Shown piece after piece: positions 19,224-28,629 of a DNA stretch of 30,042 nucleotides. Position 1 is the stretch's first letter. Every line of letters begins with the position of its first letter. The notes under the pieces were generated by a model. The model did not search any database. It was not told the DNA's origin and saw only the letters and a program-made list of their open reading frames with translations. Position numbers and translations under genes: made by a program. The stretch is from positions 1 through 30,042 of the forward strand of contig CAVVOP010000002.1 in NCBI GenBank assembly GCA_963749915.1, written 5' to 3'. Source of the stretch: an uncultured cyanobacterium. Its GTDB lineage: Bacteria; Cyanobacteriota; Cyanobacteriia; Cyanobacteriales; Cyanobacteriaceae.

Positions 19224-19340
19224 ATGTCAATTAATCAGAAAGAATTAATAAAACGTATTGCTCAAAAAATTAATCAAAAAGATGAGATTGTCGAAGAAAT
19301 TGTTAATGCCACCTTAGAAGAAATATATGATTGTTTAAAA
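19224..19340 (+). pseudogene. HU/IHF-family DNA-binding protein, truncated by IS1634
   Basis: MSINQKELIKRIAQKINQKDEIVEEIVNATLEEIYDCLK, then the IS end at 19341. Confidence 0.7.
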
Positions 19341-20570
19341 CCCACATTCCGCACTTCACTTTGTAAGATGATAAAAGTATTAAAACCAAGCAACTTATTT
19401 TGGACAAAATATAAGTAATCATACTCAATATCTTCTTTATTCGCGTTTTGTACTCGCGAACTTTGCTCAAATTAAAATCTCATTGTCAATAACTTCACCT
19501 TTAATGAGAATAAATAAACAGAGCAAATCTATCAGTTTTCTATTCTTTATTTATGATATTATAATTGAGAATGTTTAGACTCTTAAATCCCATAAGTTAT
19601 CCAGATAAAATATAATAATTATGACAAGAAATCGGGAAAAAACTTAAAATTAGTTTTCGTTCATTTGTTAGATTTACTATCTGTTTTATTCCTTGATTTA
19701 TTACTAAATGAATCCCCTGAAAACATTGAAATATCCATCTTAACGTTGGACGTTCCGTTAGTTTTCCTAGCTGATTTTTTATCCCCGTTTTTCTCTCCTC
19801 TAATAAGCGACGCACTTCTCTTTGCCCCAAAGAATAGACTAACAGACATAACCCCAAAAACACATTGCCATTGTTTCGATTCTTTTTGGGGTTTTTAAAA
19901 ACACACTATCGGCAAAAAATAATGGATCTTTCAGAAAACTAAAACCTCTTTCTGCGGCTTGTTGCTCTTTATACTTAATTAAAATCTCATCGGAACTAAA
20001 TTTACTTTTATCTAATCTATTCGTGGCTAAGACAAATCTTCCCGCTCTTTTTTCTAATTCGGCTATTTTCGTTAAATCTGATTTTAAAACAGCCGTAACT
20101 TGATGAGTTTTTCCTGATTTTTCTTCTTTCTTTTTAGATTTTTTTTGCTGCTTTTTTAACTCATTTTCTCTAATTTTTATCTCGGTTATTTCATGATATT
20201 TTAAAGTCTTATTCAGTCTTAAAACTATTTCCTCTGCTACTTCTGATGAGCTAAATTCTTCTTTCATCAACTTCGTTAATGTTTCTTCTGCTTTTTCTTT
20301 TTCTTTCTCTATTTTTTCCCTTAGTTTTTCTAGCTCTGATACTTTTCTTTTTTCACTTTCTACTATTAACCATCTTTGCTCAATTTCTGCATAATTATTC
20401 CTTACTTCACACCATGAATATCCTTCTAAACTACTTGGAGTCAAATCAGATTCTGATAGTTCTGAAACTAAATTTTTTGCCTCTTTTATTGATAGTGGAA
20501 CTCTCGATAACCATTCTATTCCACTCATTAATTTCAGGTTATTTTCTGTATATAAGGCACTATCACCTAT
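19341..20570 (-). mobile_element. IS1634 copy 2, lacking its 5' half and frameshifted near 19858
   Basis: End CCCACATTCCGCACTTCA; closely matches 801-~2030; ORFs 19839..20573 and 19597..19863. Confidence 0.92.
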
Positions 20571-21823
20571 CACCGCTTAGTTTATCTTGATCTTAATCCC
20601 CGTGGAGTTAATTTAAATCAAAGTCGTAGTTTAGTAACCAATGTTGAATCTTTAGGAGTAGTGACATTTCCTACGGGGTTTCAGTTTGGTGGGACTCAAG
20701 TGGGGGGTTTATCAGGTATCACTTATTCTAATAACGATCAAACTTATTACAGTATTTCTGACGATCGAGGGAATCGTGAAGATGGCGAACCTGCTCGCTT
20801 TTATACCCTGGATATTGATTTAAGTGATGGTAGTTTAAATGAGGGAGATGTCAGTTTTAGCAATCTAACTACTTTACTAGATAGTGATGGTAATCCTTTT
20901 GCTCCTAATAGTTTAGATCCTGAAGGCATTGCTTTAACCGTAAATAATACCCTGTATATTTCCTCTGAAGGTGATGCTAACAATTTAGTAGATCCTTTTA
21001 TCAATCAGTTTGGCTTAGATGGGCAAGAAATTGACGGTTTAACTATTCCTGAGAAATTTTTACCCACTACTGAAGATTTTGGCATCCGCAATAACTTAGC
21101 TTTTGAAAGTGCCACAATTACTCCCGATGGGCGTTTTCTTTATACCGCAGTTGAACAAGCTCTTAAACAGGATGGTACAGGTACAACAGTAGAAGATAAT
21201 AGTTATGCTCGCATTCTCAAATATGATTTAACCACCGGGGAAGTTGTAGGCGAATATGTTTATCCGGTTGCAGCAATTCCGAATGCACCTATTCCAGAAG
21301 ATGATTTTGCTGACAACGGTTTAGTAGAATTAGTTGCTGTTGATAATAACGGCACTTTATTGGCTTTAGAGCGTTCTTTTGCTGTAGGGGTAGGTAATAC
21401 CATCAGACTGTATCAAGTGCAAACTCAAGGGGCTTTAGACGTCCAAGATTTTGATAGTCTGCTTTTAGATGAAAATACCCGTTATGACATTGATCCTTTT
21501 GTTAGTAAAGAGCTGTTGGTTGATTTTACCGCAGATTTGGGCATAACCCCTGATAATCTGGAAGGAATGACTTTAGGTGAAACTTTACCTGATGGCAGAC
21601 AGTCTTTAATCCTCGTTAGTGATAATAACTTTAATGAGGTCCAAACTACTCAATTTATTGCCCTCGCTTTAGACTTAGAAAGTATCCCTGGGGTTTTACC
21701 AATTGTGGAAACGCCCTACACTATTGATCAATCTGAAGGAGAAGCTGAATTATTTGGGGATTCTGATGATATGGCGGTGTGGATTGATCCTGAAAATGCG
21801 GAGAATAGTATAGTAATTACTAC
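20571..21823 (+). pseudogene. Internal fragment of a multidomain phytase-like gene
   Basis: Frame open from HRLVYLDL (end of an EEP-type domain) through GGLSGITY, SISDDRG, DPEGI, DNLEGM and VSDNNF (phytase-like esterase) to GDSDDMAVWIDP (start of beta-propeller phytase), cut by IS4. Confidence 0.85.
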
Positions 21824-23448
21824 CTGAAGGGGTGACGACACCTCTGAAACGATTAAACTGTAAACATTTTAAGAGCTAAGTTGACTTTTAAATTAACTCA
21901 AATCTAATTTCTTATTGAGAATATAGCGACACCATAAATATTAAGTGTTCTTTTAATGCTGGTTAAATAACAGACAAAATCTGGCACAATTAGTACTTGT
22001 AATTACATTTCTTACTAATAATGATTAGTTTGTTAAAAGATTTTGAAACACATTTAAATCGATATTTAAAACCAACACAATTTCAAACATTATCAATTTT
22101 AATTGGTTTATTAAATCAGTATAAACAAGTTAAAATAGAAACCTTAGCCACTTATTTTCCCTTGCCAATTTTGTTTGAAAGTCGCCGAAGACACATTCAA
22201 AGATTTTTGGTGCTTACGGGTTTAAGTATTAGTTTAATTTGGTTTCCTATTATTCTCACAATTATTCATCAACAAATTCCCTGTAATTTTCCCTTGATAA
22301 TCGCTTTAGATCGAACTCAATGGCAAGAGAATAATGTCTTTATGATTAGTTTAATTTATTCTCGTCGTGCATTGCCAATTTATTGGACTATTTTGAACAA
22401 AAAAGGGGCGAGTAATCTTCAAGAACAAAAAGCATTAATTCGACCAGTAATCAAATTGTTAAATAAATATCATATTATGATCATAGGAGATAGAGAATTT
22501 CATTCCATTGAGTTAGCTACATGGTTGAAAAAAGAAAAACAAAAAAGGAAAAATAAAATCGATTTTGCTCTCAGACAAAAACAGGGTACTTTTTATCATC
22601 GAGGGGGTAAAAAGTATGAAAAACTATCAGATATAGAGATTGAAAGGGGAGTAAAGCAGATAAAGATGGGGATAAAAGTTACAAAAAAGACTGGTTTTAG
22701 CCGACATAATTTAGCAATATATCATCCAAGAAAAAGAAAAAATAAAAGTAGTGAAGAACCATGGTATATCTTAACATCATTAGAGAATGAAGTAGAAGTA
22801 ATCAAGATTTATGAGCAAAGAATGGGTATTGAAATGATGTTCAAAGATTATAAAACAGGAGGTTATAATTTAGAAGGAAGTAAAGCAAATATACAAAGAC
22901 TAACTAATGTAATTTTATTGATTGCTATGGCCTATACAAAGCAAACATTGAAGGGAAAAATAATTAAAAATAAGGGACAACAAAAATATATAGGAAGGCC
23001 ACAAGAAAAAAGAAGAAAAACAAAAAGAAACAGTGAATTTTGGATTGGTTTATATGGTGAAAGTTGGGCAAATAAATATGAAAAATATCAAGAAGAAATT
23101 AATAAAATAATAAGTTTAAATAGTAACAAGTTAACGTTTTATCACCGAGGGTTGAAAGCAAAAGATGAAATAATGAAAGTCTATGAATAAACCAAAGGTA
23201 ATTATTGTCAATATTACGCTAATTAATTTTAGGCAAGTTTTTCGTTTTACTGAAAATAAATAAAACTACTGGTACTTCTGTTCGTCACGAAAAAATTAAG
23301 GGACTAACTATGTTACTTAACACAAATCTCAATATATACAATAAGGCTATTCTCAATAAGAACTTGAGATACTATTAATTTACATGGTATGTCAAAGGGT
23401 CAAATTAATTACCAAATATAGCTTTTGAGCTGCTCGTCACCCCTTCAG
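21824..23448 (+). mobile_element. IS4-family insertion sequence (1625 bp)
   Basis: Perfect inverted ends CTGAAGGGGTGACGA (21824-21838) and TCGTCACCCCTTCAG (23434-23448); no target duplication. Confidence 0.9.
22021..23190 (+). CDS. IS4-family transposase, apparently intact
   Basis: IIALDRTQW, IIGDREF and YEQRMGIEMMFKDYK (YREK-type motif); 389 aa. Confidence 0.92.
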   Translation: MISLLKDFETHLNRYLKPTQFQTLSILIGLLNQYKQVKIETLATYFPLPILFESRRRHIQRFLVLTGLSISLIWFPIILTIIHQQIPCNFPLIIALDRTQWQENNVFMISLIYSRRALPIYWTILNKKGASNLQEQKALIRPVIKLLNKYHIMIIGDREFHSIELATWLKKEKQKRKNKIDFALRQKQGTFYHRGGKKYEKLSDIEIERGVKQIKMGIKVTKKTGFSRHNLAIYHPRKRKNKSSEEPWYILTSLENEVEVIKIYEQRMGIEMMFKDYKTGGYNLEGSKANIQRLTNVILLIAMAYTKQTLKGKIIKNKGQQKYIGRPQEKRRKTKRNSEFWIGLYGESWANKYEKYQEEINKIISLNSNKLTFYHRGLKAKDEIMKVYE

Positions 23449-23470
23449 GTAGCTGTGCCTTCGGCATCGC
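23449..23470 (+). repeat. Half of an SDR5-like insert abutting the IS4 end
   Basis: gtagctgtgccttcggcatcgc matches 16715-16736 region at all but one base. Confidence 0.7.
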
Positions 23471-23674
23471 CCCCAAATAAAATGTTATCAAGGGGAAAAT
23501 ATAATAAAAAATTATCAAATAATTAGTGAAAACCAACTAAAACTTATCTTATTTTCTGCGGCTTAATACGAATGAATCTTTTTGTGATTTATTCAGCAAA
23601 CCCTAATTATCTGAGTCTTGTTCTGAATTCTCTCTCCCCTTGAATGAGGTAATGGTAGTTGAACGCTTTACCGT

Positions 23675-23762
23675 GTGATCGTCTTTGGTTGTTAGCGATC
23701 GCCCTTGGTTGTTAGCGATCGCCTTTGGTTGTTAGTGATCGTCTTTGGCTGAGCGCAATCGC
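23675..23762. repeat. 20-bp tandem repeat (4+ copies) anchored on HIP1
   Basis: gtgatcgtctttggttgtta / gcgatcgcccttggttgtta / gcgatcgcctttggttgtta / gtgatcgtctttggctgagc / gcaatcgc. Confidence 0.85.
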
Positions 23763-23893
23763 TTTTTTGCTCAATTGTTAAGTTTTGTGTGCGTTTGCCC
23801 TGTCAAATCCTGGCGTTGCATCATTGCGGGATGATTTATAATAAAAGCGAAAATTTTAAGAAGGCTGCCGCTGCGCGATCGCCACGAATAAAA

Positions 23894-24591
23894 ATGAAAA
23901 TAAATTATCCCAAATGTAATGCTAATGAGATTATAAAAAATGGTCAAAGGAGAGGAAAACAAAATTATAGATGCAAAAAGTGTGGTCGTCAATTTGTCGA
24001 ATTTTATTCTGATATTGGTTATGATTTACAAACAAGAGAAGAATGCTTAAAAATGTACTTAAATGGCAGTGGGTTTAGGGCACTCTTAGGGGGTAAAAAA
24101 AGTTAATCACAATACAGTAATAAGATGGGTAAAAAAAGCAGGAAAAAAGATATTAAATAATAAATATAAATAGGAAATACCTTTAGTTGGACAATTAGAT
24201 GAACTCCAAACTTTTGTGGGAAACAAAAAGAACAAGATCTGGATATGGACTGCTGTAAATAAAGCTAACAAAGGAATTTTAGAATGGCAAATAGGAGATA
24301 GAAGTTCTAAGACATTTGAAAAATTATGGGAAAAAGTAAAAGATTGGAAATGCTTTTTTTTGGATAACAGATGGGTACAAAGTTTATCCGTCATTTATTG
24401 CCGATGGAGATCAAATTATTAGTAAAACATACATGACAAGAGTTGAAGGAGAAAATAGTAGGCTAAGACATTATTGGGCAAGACTACATAGAAAAACATT
24501 TTGCTATTCTAAGTGTCAAGAAATGCTCTTATTGTCAATAAAACTTCTTATTTATTACTTAAATAATAATGATATTTCGCTAATAATCTAA
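23894..24591 (+). pseudogene. IS1-family transposase with frameshifts and an in-frame stop
   Basis: KNGQRRGKQNYRCKKCGRQF (InsA-like); LDELQTFVGNKKNKIWIW, DGYKVY and TRVEGENSRLRH (InsB-like) spread over several frames. Confidence 0.85.
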
Positions 24592-24628
24592 ATTTTAAAA
24601 AACTATTTTTACTTTTTTTAGATTACTA

Positions 24629-24660
24629 GCGATCGCACGCAGTGCGCCACATGTGATCGC
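24629..24660 (+). repeat. 24-nt double-hairpin insert in a HIP1 site (SDR5-like), inside IS1
   Basis: GCG|atcgcacgcagtgcgccacatgtg|ATCGC. Confidence 0.75.
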
Positions 24661-24723
24661 CTTTAATAAATATTTTTTCTTAATACTAAATAATTGCATA
24701 TCATCCCGCAATGATGCAACGCC

Positions 24724-25101
24724 AATAATTTTTTTAGTAATTAAGCCCATATATTGTTCGGGACTTAAAATTTCAATAATCCAATCTGGCGTAATATTAA
24801 ACTTATTGGCAATTGTATCATCTTCATTAACTGGTAATTTATCCCATGTAAACACCGCTACATCAGGTACAATAGATTTACCAGCGAAAGTACATCGCAA
24901 TTCGGGGAAAGCTAAAGCAATTTGCCTATCTTCAGTAACTGCATTGATAGCATTAGTAAGTTTCAACTGAATACGGCTATGTTGTCCTTGGGGCATAGGT
25001 TTTGTATAAATTTGATTATCAATGTATTCTTGAGCAGGTTTAGTTTCGGATTGGGCTAAAAATTCCTCTAATGTGGTGATTTTTACGGATGTTTGTGGCA
25101 T
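24724..25101 (-). pseudogene. Uma2-family endonuclease, 3'-truncated by IS1
   Basis: KPMPQGQHSRIQ, FPELRCTF, IVPDVAV and PDWIIEILSP; the sequence after KKII is IS1-derived. Confidence 0.88.
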
Positions 25102-25209
25102 ATTTTTTTCTCATTAATTAAAGTTGATTATAACTCAGGTTGTTATAAATTAAAGGTTAATAAATGAGATAATAAACTAAAAATAGATAGTATTAAACAC
25201 TTTAAATTA

Positions 25210-26028
25210 ATGTTTAAATCATTTCAATTATCAGGCATTGGACTTCATTCAGGAGAAAAAACTACGGTAAAAATTTCTCCGGCAAAAAAAGGAAAAGGGC
25301 GTTATTTTGTAAGAGTAGATTTACCTGATAAACCCATTATTCCTGCTACTATTGACTGTATTGCCACGACGACTTTATCCACTGAATTGAGTAACGGAGA
25401 TGCTAAAATTAGGACTGTTGAGCATTTATTAGCTTCTTTAGTGGCTTGTGGTATTGATGACGCTGAAATTGAGATTGATGGTTCTGAAGTTCCTTTGTTA
25501 GATGGTTCTGCACAAATTTGGGTAAATCATCTTGACTATATTGCCGATAACCCTTTTGAGTCAGCAACAGATACTCTCACTGAAGCTATTTGGGTGAGAA
25601 AAGATGATGCTTTTTGTGTTGCTTTCCCCTCCCCAGAAATAAAATTTAGTTATGGTGTTGACTATCCTTATTCTGTATTGGAAAATCAGTGGTTTAGTTG
25701 GTATCCTCAGCGAGAAAGTTTTGTAACTGCGATCGCACCTGCTCGTACTTTCGGTTTTGCAGATCAAATTCAACAGTTGCAAGAATTAGGTTTAATAAAA
25801 GGGGGGAGTTTAGAAAACGCCTTAGTCTGCGATAAAAATGGTTGGTTAAATCCGCCTTTGAGATTTGAAAACGAAGCTGTCAGACATAAATTATTAGATT
25901 TAATCGGTGACTTAAGCTTATTAGGTAAAATTCCCTGTGCTCATTATTTAGCCTATAAAGCCAGTCATCAACTGCATACAGAATTGGCAAAAAAAATTAG
26001 AGAATCATTAAGAATGAATAATCAATAA
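25210..26028 (+). CDS. lpxC: UDP-3-O-acyl-N-acetylglucosamine deacetylase
   Basis: [32 protein letters not shown] and [11 protein letters not shown]. Confidence 0.97.
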   Translation: MFKSFQLSGIGLHSGEKTTVKISPAKKGKGRYFVRVDLPDKPIIPATIDCIATTTLSTELSNGDAKIRTVEHLLASLVACGIDDAEIEIDGSEVPLLDGSAQIWVNHLDYIADNPFESATDTLTEAIWVRKDDAFCVAFPSPEIKFSYGVDYPYSVLENQWFSWYPQRESFVTAIAPARTFGFADQIQQLQELGLIKGGSLENALVCDKNGWLNPPLRFENEAVRHKLLDLIGDLSLLGKIPCAHYLAYKASHQLHTELAKKIRESLRMNNQ

Positions 26029-26100
26029 TTAATCTGGTATAATTGTGATTTGTGACTAAATATGCTAACTATAAAAATTTTCTATTGAATAGAGGGAAAA

Positions 26101-26559
26101 ATGGCAAAAAGATTACAACTATTGTTAAATAAAAACGTTGATAAATTAGGTAAAAGAGGCGACTTAGTTGATGTCGCCCCGGGATACGCACGTAACTATC
26201 TTGTGCCTCAAGGCTTGGGAGTATTAGTAACTGAAGGTATTTTACGTCAAGTTGACCAAAGAAGAGAAAAAGAAAGATTACGTTTATTAGCGATTTTAGA
26301 AGAAGCTAAATCTCGTAAAACTGCTTTACAAACTATCAACAATTTTGTCATTCGTAAACAAGTGGGTGAACAAGATGCTATCTTTGGTACTGTAACCACT
26401 CAAGAAGTTGTGGATATTATTAAGCAAAATGCCGGTTTAGAAATTGAGCGTCAAGCTATTACTTTACTTGAAATCAAGAAAACTGGCAAATACCCTACAG
26501 ATGTTAAACTTCACCCTGAAGTCAGTGCACAAATTATTATCGAAGTTACACCACTTTAA
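26101..26559 (+). CDS. rplI: 50S ribosomal protein L9
   Basis: LGKRGDLVDVAPGYARNYLVPQG, IFGTVT and KLHPEV; RBS GAGGG. Confidence 0.98.
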   Translation: MAKRLQLLLNKNVDKLGKRGDLVDVAPGYARNYLVPQGLGVLVTEGILRQVDQRREKERLRLLAILEEAKSRKTALQTINNFVIRKQVGEQDAIFGTVTTQEVVDIIKQNAGLEIERQAITLLEIKKTGKYPTDVKLHPEVSAQIIIEVTPL

Positions 26560-26568
26560 TTTAAGTAA

Positions 26569-26658
26569 GGAGACTAGGAAACTAGGAGACTAGGAGACTA
26601 GGAGACTAGGAGAAAATATATATTATTATCTTCCTAATTCCTAATTCCTAATTCCTAA
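26569..26658. repeat. STRR tracts between convergent rplI and recQ
   Basis: GGAGACTA octamer about x5 (26569-26612) and TTCCTAA heptamer x4 (26631-26658). Confidence 0.85.
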
Positions 26659-28111
26659 TTAACTTCTGGCAATTATCGCATTTGCCACAACGAAAATTTG
26701 TCGAGGGGGAAAAGCCGAAGGCTGACAATAAAAAACCCCAGCGACAGGTTTTAGTTATTAAATATTCATCGGTTTGTCGAGTCAATTTTTTTTGTCTATT
26801 TATCAGTAATTGTATTGACTCATGGGTTTTTGATGGTGTTAATCGATAATGATAGGGATCAATCCACCGCAATTGTTCGCTACTATTAAGGATGGCTAAA
26901 TATAGTTGATAGTTAGGGTTATTAAATTTTTTCGATAATTCTTCAATATTTCCCTCTGTTGGCATTTTTTTTAAGAATTTTTCGGCTTCTTGATAGATTT
27001 TGATTTGTTGGTTTAAAAAATACTCTCTTCTTTGCTTATCTTCAGGATTTAACCAACCACTCGCTTCACTCATTAAAGTTATGGCTTCGGTAATTTTTCC
27101 GTCTCTACCACCTCTACCGATTTCTTGGATATATTCTGATAATAATAAGGGTGCTTGGTAATGAAAAATCCATCTTAAGTTACTTTTATTTATCCCCATA
27201 CCAAAGGCACAAGTACAAACCACGAATTTTATTCTCTCGTTTAGCCAATCGGATTCTATTTTTCTGCGGATGTTACTACTTAATCCTCCATGATAGGCTT
27301 GATTTCGATATCCTTCTTTATTCAGTAAATTAGCTAATTCTTCGCTATCTTTTCTCGTGCGCACATAAATTAAACCGCTTTCCTTCTTTTTGCTTTCAAT
27401 ATATTTAATTAACTCTTGTTTTCTTCCTCTCGGTGTCCAAATAGTTTTTACTTGTATCTTTAAATTATCACGGTAAGGACTGATTAAAAATTTTTCGGGG
27501 TTAGATAATTGTAAGGATTGAATGATGGTTTTTTGGGTGTCAATGTCAGCCGTAGCCGTAAAACAGGCGATCGCAATTTTAGGATTCGATGGTTTATAAT
27601 TGAGCAAGAGTGGGCGAATACTGCCTAAACGTCGATAAGCTGGGCGAAAAGACTCCCCCCATTGTGCTAAACAATGAGCTTCATCTAAAATTAAACCATT
27701 AATTTTGATTTCTGGATTACTAATTATTTCCCAGATTGGCGGTGAAAGTAACGTTTCTGGTGATAGATAAAGCAATCTTAATTGTTGTGATTTTAACGCC
27801 GAAATGGTATTTTTGCGATCGAGTTTACTTATTTCGCTGTGTAAAATTCCCGCTGGTAAATTTTTTTCTCGTAATTCTTGTACTTGATTCTCCATTAAGG
27901 CAACTAAAGGAGAAATTACCAAAGTTAAACCCTCTTCCAATAAAGCAGGTAACTGAAAACAAAGAGATTTTCCTCCTCCTGTTGGCATAACAATTAAACA
28001 ATCTTTTCCTGTCAAAATTGCTTCAATAATTTCCGCCTGTGGTTTGCGAAAATCATCGTAACCCCAATATTGTTTAAGAGTATTTTTTAACGTTAATAAA
28101 TCATTGATCAT
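26648..28111 (-). CDS. recQ: RecQ-family ATP-dependent DNA helicase (short form)
   Basis: MPTGGGKSLCFQLP, DEAHC, TATA, YIQEIGRGGRDG and C-terminal CRW...CGKCDNC; likely start MINDLL at 28111. Confidence 0.93.
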   Translation of the reverse strand: MINDLLTLKNTLKQYWGYDDFRKPQAEIIEAILTGKDCLIVMPTGGGKSLCFQLPALLEEGLTLVISPLVALMENQVQELREKNLPAGILHSEISKLDRKNTISALKSQQLRLLYLSPETLLSPPIWEIISNPEIKINGLILDEAHCLAQWGESFRPAYRRLGSIRPLLLNYKPSNPKIAIACFTATADIDTQKTIIQSLQLSNPEKFLISPYRDNLKIQVKTIWTPRGRKQELIKYIESKKKESGLIYVRTRKDSEELANLLNKEGYRNQAYHGGLSSNIRRKIESDWLNERIKFVVCTCAFGMGINKSNLRWIFHYQAPLLLSEYIQEIGRGGRDGKITEAITLMSEASGWLNPEDKQRREYFLNQQIKIYQEAEKFLKKMPTEGNIEELSKKFNNPNYQLYLAILNSSEQLRWIDPYHYRLTPSKTHESIQLLINRQKKLTRQTDEYLITKTCRWGFLLSAFGFSPSTNFRCGKCDNCQKLIRN

Positions 28112-28209
28112 AAAATTAATTAACACTAATAGAAAAAAAATTAGATCTTTTAAATTTAACACTTAATAGAAATAATCAAATTAGGTTTTAAAATTGATAA
28201 ATTATTTTA

Positions 28210-28584
28210 TTAATTACTATTTTTCCAAACAACAAGAATGACACCCCATATGATGAGCGTCAATCCAAAAAAACGAGTAATGGTAATGGTTTCATGAAAA
28301 ACAAAATACCCTAATAAAACTGAAAAAATGTAAATTAAAGAAGCCGAAGGAGAAGCAACACTAAGTTTAACTCTCGTCAACACTAAAATATAAGAAATAG
28401 CACCTATACCATAACACATTAAACCGATTAGTAATTCTGGGGTGATGATAATACTTAAAACATGATTAATAAAATTAGAGGAAGTTACTTTTCCTAATTT
28501 TAATGCTCCTAATTTTAAAAATAATTGTCCTAACGTACTAAACATCACAGAAATTAACAACAAAAAAAACTCTTGAGGAGTCAT
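28210..28584 (-). CDS. EamA/SMR-like small membrane transporter (ArnE/F-like)
   Basis: Four TM helices; GQLFLKLG, LTRVKLSVA and FHETIT; directly downstream of a glycosyltransferase. Confidence 0.8.
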   Translation of the reverse strand: MTPQEFFLLLISVMFSTLGQLFLKLGALKLGKVTSSNFINHVLSIIITPELLIGLMCYGIGAISYILVLTRVKLSVASPSASLIYIFSVLLGYFVFHETITITRFFGLTLIIWGVILVVWKNSN

Positions 28585-28629
28585 AACTATTAAATTAATA
28601 AGAAAGGATAAAAAAGTCTAATTAGAAGT

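Larger units (their letters stand above)
23812..24723 (+). mobile_element. IS1-family insertion sequence (912 bp), degenerate
   Basis: Perfect 23-bp inverted ends GGCGTTGCATCATTGCGGGATGA and TCATCCCGCAATGATGCAACGCC. Confidence 0.88.

Noticed and set aside
23586..23604. GATTTATTCAGCAAACCCT, resembling a lone IS or MITE end; likewise GGACTTACGCA at ~10467-10477
   Set aside because: No partner inverted end in the window, so an element cannot be delimited
23675..23762. Possible CRISPR array
   Set aside because: Repeats are contiguous with a 20-bp period, there are no unique spacers and no cas genes are in the window
26569..26658. Rho-independent terminator between rplI and recQ
   Set aside because: The octamer and heptamer tracts pair only partially and there is no clear stem plus U-tract; reported as repeats only
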